From contig CAVNZM010000008.1 in NCBI GenBank assembly GCA_963693365.1, positions 1,612,001 to 1,676,000 on the forward strand: a stretch of 64,000 bases of DNA, in the 5' to 3' direction. Below are positions 25,440 to 46,313 of this stretch, one piece after another. The notes beneath the pieces were generated by a model, which was not told the DNA's origin, ran no database searches, and saw nothing but the letters and a program-made list of their open reading frames with translations. The position numbers and the translations under genes were made by a program. Position 1 is the first letter of the stretch, and the number at the start of each line of letters is the position of its first letter. This stretch comes from Amoebidium appalachense (Eukaryota > Protista > Ichthyosporea).

Positions 25440-28400
25440 CAGGTAGGTATGTTGCACGTAGGTATCGAGGGTGTGAATCTGAAGTTCGTGGGCAGGGATT
25501 GGGTGTGAGTGATGGTGTGTTGCTTGAATTGGAGGAGGATTTAGTTGGTTTTAGCCGGCATTATATAGACGTATGGTTAGCTGATGGTAAGTTGAAGGCT
25601 GTTGCTTTGCTCGATGGAGGGGCTCAGGTTAATTGTGTGCATGCTTCGTTTATTCGTCGTTTTAATCAGGCCGGGGGGGAAATTCCTATTTTAGATGCTT
25701 CTAGCACAGCCTTAGGTAGTGCTAATAATAGTAGTATGTCTGTGGAAGGTGTTTGTGTGTTGCCGTGTGAGATAGGTGGCCAGGCTATGCATAAGTCGCT
25801 TGTTATGTGGTTAAGGATTTAGCTCAAAGTGTTTTGTTGGGAGCCCCATTTTTCCGTAGACATGTGAATGCTTTGTTTGAACGTACGAATGTCTTAGAAT
25901 TGCAGTCCAGCGTTAAAACTAAAACCCATGATGGGCTCGACGGTTATCAGTCTGGTGCTAGAACGGTAGCTGAAGTAGTAATCGAGCCTTATCAGTGCCA
26001 AACGGTACGTGTCCGGGCCGGCAATCATGTTAGGATAGGGGATTTAGGGGTTTTTACTCCGAAAACCCCATTTCAGGAGGTGGCTCAATGGACCCTTAGT
26101 AGGGTATGGCCGGATAAGACAATAGAAATAGAATTAGTGAATCCGGGCATCGAGCCTATAGTGATTAGGTCAGGTGTTTCCGTCGGTAGTTTCACTAGTG
26201 AGATTGGTAGTATAGAGGTCTCTCTTATTACCCAAAAGGAGGATGCCGGCTCGAAGGGTGACTCAGGAGGAGGGGGAACAACTTTATTTAACGTTAGCCA
26301 CCAAAATGTCACCCGACACGATGGGGGGGGGGACCGGGACAGCACCGGTCCCACTCCCCCGACCCCCAAGAGGAAGGAGGGTCACCCCGGGTGTGAGAAT
26401 GCCGCAGGCAGGGGGGGAGGGTGTTGGTCTACTAGTAACCTGTGGATCTGACGGGTTAACCAACACCGTGGGGGGCAGGGTGGCCACAGACCTGGCCCCC
26501 CACATACATGCACTAACTCATCAGGAATTGCCCGGGGGCATGGGTGTGCCGGGGGGACTCGGGGGGGGTGCTAAGGGTGACCGCCTATATCCGGAGGTAC
26601 CTCAACCTCACCCCGAGCACTGGCACCGATGTAATACAGGAGGTGAAATGTTAAGTGGCACTCCGGTGAATAAGGATGCATCCACTTGTGATGGGGGTAA
26701 CCCGGAGTTAGTATTGCCGTTTGGTATGAAGGAGGGGGATTGGACGGTAGAACAGAAAAAATTGCTAGCTAAGTTATTTGATAGGACTCGGTTTGCATTT
26801 CTGGCCGATGATAATGAAGTAGGCTTCGTTAAAGGGTTTGAAATGCAGATCGACACAGGTGATAATAGGCCGGTAGTGATGCCTAGCTATAGAATGGAGC
26901 AGTATAAATTGTCGGATGCGCTAATAATAGTGAGTGATATGTTAAAAAAGGGTCATGTGGAGCATAGCTCGAGTCCGTGGAGAAGTCCGGTGCTATTGGT
27001 TAAGAAGCCCGACGGGTCTTGGCGTCTAGTGAACGATTACAGGGCTCTGAATCGGATCACTAAGGCAGACCAATGGCCTCTCCCTAACATAGACGAGCAG
27101 CTTTCACAGCTGCACGGCTATACTCACTTTGCTAAACTTGATTTAAAAGCAGCTTTTTGGCAGATAAGGTTGGAGGAGAGCAGCAAGGAGAAGACTGCCT
27201 TTGCACTGGGTGACCAGCTGTTCCAGTACAAGGTGGTGCCGATGGGTTTGCTCTCCTCTCCAGCTATGTTGTGCCGGGTAATGTATAAAATTCTCCACCC
27301 TCATTTGGATGTATGCCACCCTTATTTGGATGATGTTTTAATTAAAGGTAGGTCATTTGAGGAGTTAGTTAATAATTGTGAAAAAGTATTTTTAGCTTTG
27401 GGTGAGTCTGGTCTTCGTATTAGCGGTAGCAAGACTGTGATGGGTGTGCCGGAGGTTAAGTTTTTAGGTCATATTGTGTCTAGTAATGGTCTTTCCCCTG
27501 ATCCGGAGAAAATCCGGGCCATAGTTGAGACTCAGTGGCCCCGTCCTCAGACTGTCACTCAACTAAGGCAATTTTTAGGTTTAACTAATTATCTTCGTCG
27601 TTATATTAAGGATTATAGTATGCTTGCTTTGCCGTTAACTAGTCAGACGGGGGGGAGAAGAAGAATAGAATAGATTGGAATGTTGATGCTGTTTCTGCTT
27701 TCGAAAAGCTTAAGTTAGCTTTGCAGTCTTCGAGTATGCTTGTTCATCCTGATTTTTCAGCCGGGGGGGGAATGTTTAAAGTTCGGTGTGATGCAAGTAA
27801 GGTTGCTGAGGGGGCCGTGCTATATCAAGTGCAGGAGGGGCAGGATAGAGTGATTGCTTATGCTAGTCGTTCATTTAGTAAAAGTGAACGTAGATATAGC
27901 AATCCGGAGAGAGAGTCCCATGCTATCTTTTGGGCAGTCTCACAGGCATCATGGAGGTATATACTCGCAGGCAGGACGTTTGAGGTCTACACCGACCACA
28001 AGCCCTGCCTAGCCATGGCCGGCACCACTCGTCTGGTCAACGAGAGGATGCAGAAGTGGGCCGCGGCTCTCGGTGAGTTCTCCTATAAATTGTTTTATGC
28101 CAAGGGTGAAACAATGGTTGACTGTGATGCTCTCTCTCGTGCGGCTTATATTTTGTTCGAAGAAGAGAAGGAGGGGGAGGGGGGGGCTAGTGAGAGACGG
28201 GGGGGGAGGGGGGAAGGGGGGGGGAGAGTGAGAATAAGGAATTATATGCTGTGTCTGTTGATGTGTCTTCTTGGGCTCCGGGGTTGCTGGCTTATAAGTG
28301 TAGGGGAGGGGGGGGGGGGTATTTGTCAGTGTCTGAGGTCGGGACCGAGTCTCAGGGCTCGGCCCCTGCCTTAGCACCTACGGCTTTGATCTTAGCTCAG

Positions 28401-30113
28401 GAGGAAGATGTGTTGATTGGTCTGGTTAAGAATTATTTAAAGGGGCCGGTTGATTCGATTACATTTAAAAATAAAAGGCAGATGATTAAGGTAGCTAAGT
28501 TAGCAAAAATGTGTCAGGTAGAGCAGGATTTAGTTTATCATTGTTCTGGGCCAGACGGACACCGAGTTTGGGTCCCGACGGCACTTGTGCCTGAGGTTTT
28601 GCATATGGTGCATGAGCATCCCATGGCTGGTCATTTAGGTGTAAATAGGACGTTGCTTCGTGTTAATCGTTCGTATTTTTGGCCGGGTATGAGTAGGGAG
28701 GTGAGGGATTATGTGTTGTCATGCATGCATTGTCAGGAAAGGAATGAGAGTCCCCACTCTCGTTCCCGCCCGTCGTTTATTAGGGATTTTAATGTTCGTA
28801 TGTTTGAAAGGGTAGCAGTGGATGTGGTCGGTCCTTTTAATTCTACGGTTGAGGGTAACACTGTTCTTGTTACCGTCACCGATGTGGCCACTCGTTGGGT
28901 TGAAGTTTTTCCTCTCCCCACTGCTAATGCCGTTTTGTTTGCTCGTATTTTTGTGGATGAAATTTGTCTTAGGTTTGGTTGTCCTCGTGTTTTGTTAACG
29001 GATAGGAGTCGTGTGTTTTTAAATCAGTTGGTGTCGGAGGTGTGTAAAATTTTAAGGGTAGCTCATATCACTATGTCTGCATATCACCCTCAAGCAAATG
29101 CCATCTCTGAACGTGTGCATGCAGTGTTTCAGAAGTCCTTTGGCAAAATGGTGGATGTGGAGGCTAATGATTGGGATCATATGTCTAGGTTTATTGCTCA
29201 TTCATATAATTCTACCCCTCATGCTGTGACTGGTTTTTCTCCGTTTTATTTGGTCTATGGGCAGGAGGCTATTAGTTTGTTAGATACGGCACTTTTGCCG
29301 ATGGGGGGGGCTGACCGACTAACCTATCCCCACTGGACTGAGTTCCGGGAGCAGCTACTAACCCGGGCCCGGGCTGCACGTGATGCAGCTCTGGCCCGTA
29401 CACAGAAGGCACAGACACGTGCAGACGTGTCCACACGTCCGTTACGTGAATTTGCCGAGGGTACTTTAGTTTTAATTAGGGATCATACTAGGAAAAAGAG
29501 ATATAAGCAGGAGCAGGAAGGTAAGGGTGAAGGTGAAGGTCTTCGTAAGTATGGTAAGAAATGGTTGCCTCTTTTCATTGGCCCGTATAAAATAGTGGCT
29601 AGGTTAGGTCCGACGGAATATAAGGTGCAGAGGTTAGATAATGAGAGTGATGTTAGATTTTATAATGTAGATGATATAAAGGAATATTATGATAGGGCCC
29701 TTAGGGTAAAACGGCCGGAGGGCCGTCGAGTGTTAGATGCATTCACCCCCGACTATGACGGGTCGGTGGATGTATCGGAGGCTGCAGTAGATAAAATTAT
29801 GGATAAAAAGGTTATCGAAGGTAAGGAAGGTAAGGTAAATTATTATTTAATTCGTTTTGAGGGAGGTTATCAGGAAGATCAGTGGTTGCCTGAGTTTCAT
29901 TTGGATTGCCCGTTTTCTATTCGTGCTTATGAGGCTAGATTAGTGCAGAGGGAGTTGCCTAGTGCTCCCTCTCGGCCAAAGAGAGTTATTCCTCAGTTTA
30001 ACCGTGGTGTGAAAAAGTCGGTGGGGGAGGGGGCCGGGGGGGGGAGTGATGCAAATACACGTAGACACACGGGGGGAGGGGGAGGGAGGGGAGGAGACCG
30101 AGGAGGAGTGTGA
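25440..30113 (+). pseudogene. pol: Family B pol (PR, dUTPase-like insert, RT, RNase H, IN, chromodomain) with frameshifts
   Basis: ALLDGGAQVN; SPWRSPVLLVKKPDGSWRLVNDYRALN; YLDD; CDASK; TDHKP; HHCC zinc finger; VDVVGP; GPYKI; chromodomain. Confidence 0.95.
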
Positions 30114-30328
30114 ACGTAGTGAGTGAAGCTTATGGTGTAGATTAATTTATTATTTTTCTTCGTAATTTATTTAATTTAATTTTTTTAGGAGACTGATTAG
30201 TCTATGTCTTTTTAGGGGGTGTTAGATGTAATGTGACTGAGGTGGGACTCAGCTTTTCCGGGGGCCGGGGGGGGAGTTGACATATACTAATCCGTCTCAG
30301 CAGATTAGCCTAAGTCTACGATCGAGAT

Positions 30329-30366
<38 letters not shown>

Positions 30367-32094
30367 GGCCCGGGTCCACAGATCATCAAGATCAAGTCTT
30401 TCGACCCACAATGCACCTGTCAGGGATCCGATTCCGGCCCTGACCAATCTCAGCTTGACGCGCCATCAGCTCGCACTCAGATCAGTTGCCGCCAATAATT
30501 CATGTTCACGAAGCTTCGAAAAATGATCCGACCATTATTCTATGAGGTGCCTAACATTGACAGCTCAGCCGCAGTCAATAAAAAAGTTGTAAAAAGAAAG
30601 AACTTCTGCGACTATCTTAACATACTATTTGTCAAAAAAACAACAAACAATACTTCCACAAAGAGGAAGCCTCCTACTCGTGTTCAAAGATATCCACACT
30701 CGAGTTTGACTGTTATGCACTACTGAAAAAGAAAAAAAAGCTCGCTCCAGACAGCTTTCTTCTGAGTACCCTGCTCTACACCGCGCTGCGTCACAAAGTG
30801 ATCGACGATATCGTGTTCACCTTTTTTATACCTCTCCACTAGCCGCTAAGACAAATACCGTGATTCCTACCCAACCGTTTCATTCAAAAGGCCTACCCAA
30901 TGGTATCGCCCGGTTGTGCAAGCTACAGATGTATTTAACGCTCATTAGCTGACTTTCACAACCGGGCCCTCCGACTGGTTCACTGTCACGGCTCACGAGG
31001 CCACTTCTGCAACTTGCACTACGCAAAGAATCTGACTGGTCCCCTGCTAACGACGTCATTAGCGCAAGTTTCACAGCCGCGCAACCCGATTCGCCACATA
31101 AATCTCCCCAGACCTACGTCTTCGGTATCGTGCTCTACCTAGCGCCCCGCCGTCGCCTGACCGCCGTACGTAAGGCTTACGTAAGGCCCTGCGCAGGCCT
31201 CCCCCCAAACCTCTATATCGTGGTCTCGCCGCCCCCGACCCCACCGCCTTACGTAACCCCGGCCCCGCGCCAGCCAACCAAACGGCCCGGTTGTGAAAGA
31301 AGGCCGGGGGGGCCCCCTACGTAGGGCTACCTTCCCGTAGCACCATGGCACCAAGTTGAACTCGAACCTAGCGGGTGGCTCAGAAAGACTAATAGCCGTG
31401 TCGGTCCCATGTGACTATTATATCTGTTTTCCCATGAATAATCCTGCAAGCTGCACGTGCACATATGTCTAAATCCATGCTCATGTGCACAAGACTGGGG
31501 GGGACATGCATACTGGCCTACCTAAGATCAAACACAGTGGTATATATACATGTACACGTGCGCGTATATCTCAACCTGTGTACATCCATACTATATATCC
31601 GGTATAATATATACCACAATATTGCCTGGGAAGTTGTGCAGTGGCGTTGTAATTCTTGTTTTCATCGCCGCTGGTGCCATTTTTGAGCTGAACTTTTTAA
31701 TCGCAAGCATGTTGATAGGTGTGAGTTTTTATGTCGCGTTTTACCTCTTTCCCTACGGGTGTCTGCTACACTAGCTGGCAATGTGAACACTTTAGACTTA
31801 AGCTTTTTGTTGAATTCTGTTGGTCGTCACAAGAAAAAAAGTTTTTATTGTCTTCTCAGTATGCCGTGCATACTTGCATAAAAGGAAAAAAAAATCTTTC
31901 CGTCGAATAAATCCAGTCAAAAGGAAAAAAAAATCTTTCCGTCGAATAAATCCAGTCAAAAGATTTTATTTTTTATTTTATCATATCACATTCCTGCAAA
32001 AAGAAAAGTTTTCAGTTTATCGGGCCCTTCCCTTCGTTCATTCTCACCCTTCCTGCACCTGTCACAACCACACAAAGAAGATCTTACAGTCAAA

Positions 32095-39770
<7,676 letters not shown>

Positions 39771-40625
39771 AACACCTTTAAATAAATTTATAGTAGGCGT
39801 ACAATGTCATGTTAATTATCACAAGATGGTGTATAAAAATATACCTGTTAAGGTTTGCGTTTTCTTTTAATCGCGGAGAGAATCTTGTAGACCTGCCAGT
39901 GTTTGCTTGTGATGTCTGTAGGTTTCTGATCATGTTGACGGTAGACCCCTTCACGATCTCTCTCTCAGACTCATGCAACTATTATTATTGTTCAGTGATG
40001 ACTATACAGATAATCCGTAATGTTGCTTTTGTTGGTGTTTGTCAAAAAAGAAAATGTTGTTGGAGGCTTTTTTTTGTGTGATGTACACACGAAGCATATA
40101 TGCAGAGGGCTTATAACTTGTAGTTTGGTGAGTGAGTAGTGTTTATGTTTCCTGCCTTGTATCCTCCCCCCCTTCTGTTTTTATTTTTCTTCTTTCTTGT
40201 TTCTTGTTTTTTCTTTTTCTTTTTTCATTTTTTCCCTTTTCTTTTCTTTTCTTTTCTTTTATTTTCTTTCTTTTTTTTTTTTTTTTTTTTTGGGGGGGGG
40301 GGGGGAGGTGGGTAACGATGGGTTCTAGGCTGATGTCAAAATTTATCCAGCAACTTAATTAATACAACCACACTGTCAATTATATGGGACTTAGGGACAT
40401 TGACAGTGCCACAAAACACTGACCACCGAATCTAGAAACCTTGGGATTTAACATGGTTAGCTGTGCAGAGACCGAAAGAACAACAAGATTGTGTATGTAC
40501 TTGTAAGTTAAGTCCGTGGTTGTACATATTATCAGTACGCCTGTTTATTTCTTCTAGAATGTATAAGCCGGTAAAGGTGTGCCTTGGCTAATATGTAACA
40601 CAGCCCCCCCCCCCCCAAAAAAAAA

Positions 40626-40656
<31 letters not shown>

Positions 40657-40670
40657 CGAGAGAGAGGGTG

Positions 40671-40701
<31 letters not shown>

Positions 40702-41147
40702 GAGGAATGAACGAGTGTTATGTAAAGTGCTGTTTCTACTGCAGCCGAAATTTCTAGTTCATATATACTAAAATATTAGTTGCCACAGCACATACTCGTG
40801 ACTCTAGACCCTCCCCCCTCCCCCCTCCCCGCCCCCACCCTCCGCAATTCAAACCCCAAAATCCAAAACCCGAATATCCTCAACCGGTAACCTCACTGCC
40901 CCACCCAAATGCGAAGCAGAAAGAAAGAAACGCACTGGCAACCATGTGCATATGTAATAGGAATCAACATAGTTATTTTTGTCATCTCTGCTCACTGTCC
41001 ACCGGTACAACCCACGAGAAAAGAGAACTTCTTGAGATAAAACCGAAAGAGATAGCTAGCTAGACTGTCACATGTACCATTTGAAGCCACGGGACAAACA
41101 CGTGCACTTGACGGGCAGCCGTGACGGTACTAGTAGCCTCCAGAGCC

Positions 41148-41710
<563 letters not shown>

Positions 41711-41979
41711 AGTTCAGAAGTGCGGGGCATGGCTGGGCTGCTGCTGCCACGGTTCGAATCATCCCACGGCCGTCTAAACAACTTCGTCTCAGATCGATGG
41801 GCCCGGCCATTCGCTATCGACATGGCACAAGTAAGGGTATCTGATGTAAGACTATCAGTACACTCTATATTGGAGGGTTTTCATTGGGGAGCCACTTTCA
41901 TCCAATCCATCATGTTCGATCTTGTTTATGGCCTTAAGCCTTAAGATGAGTATCAAAACAGCCCCAGCGCTGGACCCCC

Positions 41980-42963
41980 GAGCCGTGTCCCGGCATCAAT
42001 CTAACCCCTAAAATTACAAATGGCTAGCCGCTGCCACGGCCATGTAATTTTGATCAATTTGGGGCTCATTGAGGCTGCCGGTAGGACAGGCCGCCGGTAG
42101 GACAGGGATGTACCCTATCATGAGCTAAGCCATCGGGGGGAACGGGACGTGGACCGGAAGGCAGGCCGGTGGGGGAAACAGGAACGGGTGTTCTGACGGG
42201 AGAGACGAGTACGGAGATCCGTGCCGGAGGTAAGGACCTGCCAGTGGTCAAGACGATGAGCCGCGTCCCGGCATCAATCTAACCCCTAAAATTACAAATG
42301 GCTAGCCGCTGCCACGGCCATGTAATTTTGATCAATTTGGGGCTCATTGAGGCTGCCGGGAGGACAGGCCGCCGGTAGGATAGGGATGTACCCTATCATG
42401 AGCTAAGCCATCGGGGGGAACGGGACGTGGACCGGAAGGCAGGCCGGTGGGGGAAACGGGAACGGAGTGTTCTGACGGGAGAGACGAGTACGGAGATCTG
42501 TGCCGGAGGTAAGGACCTGGTCAAGACGGTGGCGTAAGTCACGGCGGGGAAGATCACGGGGGGTAGCACTGGCATTCGAATTCAAGGCCATGCTGGACTT
42601 GGAGGGACGGGGTTCACGGTTGGTCCGGAGTTGCATCTTGAGATCTTGGCGGAACTCGATGCCTTTGATGTGGTTGTGCAGGGACTCAAAGTCGAGGAAT
42701 ATCTTATCACCGAAGTGGTAGTCTTCGATGAGGCGGTTGAACTCAGGGGTGAGGTCATCACGGGTGGTGAGAATGATTGAAGAACTTCTCAGCCAAACGA
42801 GTGAAGTGAATGGACTCCGAGTCATCTTGGAGGGACTGAAGCTGGTTCACGATGGTCTGTAGACGGCCCAGGTAGGTGGTGAATGATTCACCGGACTGGA
42901 GGGCACAGGCATCCCACTGACGGTGAGGGATGCGGATCTGATCGGGTTTGCCTTGGAGGTAGT
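41980..42963 (-). mobile_element. Copia-like gag remnant with a ~275-bp tandem duplication (41980-42254 / 42258-42528)
   Basis: ORF 42403-42825 resembles the family C gag C-terminus (IKGIEFRQ..RRDLRHRL vs IRAAEIRE..DDLRHRI). Confidence 0.6.
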
Positions 42964-43014
42964 TGACATATACTAATCCGTCTCAGCAGATCAGCCTAAG
43001 TCTACGATCGAGAT

Positions 43015-43055
<41 letters not shown>

Positions 43056-44122
43056 GGCCCGGGTCCACAGATCATCAAGATCAAGTCCGGGGCCTCAAGA
43101 TAGCTGTACAGCTGCGTGCATCTTGCCTCTGCCGGCGCAGGGCAGGACCACGTCAGCTGGGGCAGCCGACCAATAGAATTCTAATTAGTGTGTAGGATAG
43201 ATCGTAGGAGGACTTAGGAATGTGATTGTTCGGGCAGAAGCCCTTTTGTAAGTATTGGCAAGGTTTGATAGTGTATGTTGCCAAACGTATTTATATATTT
43301 AGATGTAGAGGAAAGGGGGGAGGGAGGGGGGGGGAGGATAGTATGAAATGTAGATTTAGACTCTGCGGTGCCACTAGGGGGAGGGTGAGGGGTGAGACAT
43401 GGATAAATATATTAGTTGAGTAGATCGACTTAGCTCGTGCAGGCGCACGATAAAGTAGATCGGAATGTTTGGAATGTGGCATCGTAGGGGGGCCAGGTGA
43501 TGATGATCTTTGAGGGCACGGCCTTGATGGCCTCAGTTGTGACTTAGCCTCATTCCGTACGGATCTAAGTTTTGCCCGTCGGAGCCTGGTCTGAATAAAC
43601 TTTACCGTTTTCCGTACACGTTCGTTCCTTTTCGTGTGTGTACAGTTAGTAGAGTGCCGCGTCTCTAGTACATACACAATAGGATACGACAAGCTACTCC
43701 TTTCTTTTAGTGCGGTTTTTCGCGCTAGGGTAACGCGGTGACAGTTCCTTCTGGGCTGTTGCTACACCTCAAACACACAACAAAAAAAAAAAAAAAAAAA
43801 AAAAAAAACATAAACACAACCACACGAGTTCGGGCACACACCACACAATGGCTAAGTTCAACGTAGATATGTTCTACGCATTGGCAGCGGAGGATAGCTC
43901 CCTGCACACACAGGTACCACAGGTTCATACACTAGACGTTAGACAGACCACAGCTTTCAGTTTTACACTCAAACATGACTCGGAAATACCTAGGTGGCTT
44001 AGGACACTCCTAGCTAACACACCCACACTAGTGTTAGACACCAAGAAGGCCCCCACTGTGGCGGCCTCGTGCCTAATGATCAAGCAGTGCATCGACCACA
44101 AGACTATGGCCGACTTATGCAC
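42964..44122 (+). mobile_element. Family B copy 3: 5' LTR (42964-43691) and start of gag (43848-44122)
   Basis: Near identity to 19055-20197; cut by a family C LTR. Confidence 0.95.
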
Positions 44123-44963
<841 letters not shown>

Positions 44964-45960
44964 CACTGATCAGCAAACTTCCCGGAAGTATTGCCAACGT
45001 ATTTTTTGCTATTGGCGCTATTGGCGATATTGGCAATAGAACCCCTTGCCGCCAATAGGAACGCCATATTGCAATAATATTGCTTTGGTATTGTCAATGG
45101 TAATACAGTACCAATACCCTCTATTGTCGATATCCCGCTGATATGAATATATTATCCAGTATATGTTACATCAATATCGCCAATACATTCGAGTGCCATT
45201 ACATTGCCATTGCATTACTATTGCGCTAGCATTATAGACGTATTGCCAATATCAATTATACCCGGGCGATATTACAATAACAACCAAATAATATCAAAAA
45301 TACAGATAATGATATGGATAATACTGTATTTCCGCATTGTAGTTGCACTATGAACGCATTATTAATGTATTGCCAATATGTAATTCATAGAAATACTAAG
45401 ATTTAAATATCAAGAAACATATAAACAATGTATTGCCAACATATGATCCAACTATAATCAATATATAAATGCGGTATCGCCGATAGGTTGCTTATATATC
45501 GTGAGTATATTGATGACATAAACAGAGGTATGATTAATACACTCCCAACACATTACAAATAAGAAATATGTAAGTATGTTCCATATCAAGCATATATTGC
45601 CAACATACGAATGATACCACCACCATAAAGATATAAGTGTTGATAATGCATTACATATATATTATAAATATCACACTATATTATCCAAATACATTGCCAA
45701 TAAATTGATAATGGGAACGAATGCATGCAAAGTACAGTATAAGTGCGCTTATAATATGAAAGGCATATCGGAGTAACGTCTTATATCTAAGAATAATACG
45801 TATGACGAACATTGCCAATGTATTAATAATAGCTTTATTGATACCTCAATCACATGCTCAATATATTGGCAATATGCACACGGTACGGTAAGCACAGCCC
45901 CATGATCATTATCAATGAATTGCCAATGTATTGCACATGTCGACATCCATACGTGTTCCG
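44964..45960. mobile_element. Probable CACTA/EnSpm-type transposon end with subterminal repeats
   Basis: Begins CACTG exactly where the C LTR stops. AT-rich, with many ATTGCCAA/TTGGCAAT motifs in both orientations. The partner end is not seen. Confidence 0.5.
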
Positions 45961-46036
45961 TATGGTCACTTTATTAACTTCGGTTGGATAGTGGCATCAA
46001 GCACACAAGTAAACAACACAACTAATATACCACCCC

Positions 46037-46313
46037 AAGAGCAACACAGAAACGAAACACGGAAACAACAGCAGCCATAGGACAAAGAGCCCCAGACCCA
46101 CAGGGTCTTGCCTCCATACTTTATTTACCTTAACAGGACAAAGAGCCGGTACCCACCTATGGGTGCTAAACATGCACATGATCATTCATGTGCTATAAGA
46201 GCAACACAGAAACGAAACACGGAAACAACAGCAGCCATAGGACAAAGAGCCCCAGACCCACAGGGTCTTGCCTCCATACTTTATTTACCTTAACAGGACA
46301 AAGAGCCGGTACC
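46037..46313 (+). repeat. ~116-bp direct repeat, 160-bp period
   Basis: 46037-46152 matches 46197-46313. Confidence 0.9.

Larger units (their letters stand above)
19055..30398 (+). mobile_element. Ty3/gypsy chromovirus-like family B, near full-length, with nested family A; 3' LTR truncated
   Basis: 5' LTR 19055-19765, gag, PR-RT-RH-IN-chromodomain, PPT at ~30260-30277, partial LTR 30278-30398. Confidence 0.95.

Noticed and set aside
28165-28255. Programmed frameshift between RNase H and integrase, seen in both long family B copies
   Set aside because: The breaks fall in long G-runs of differing length; homopolymer error or slippage is the simpler explanation.
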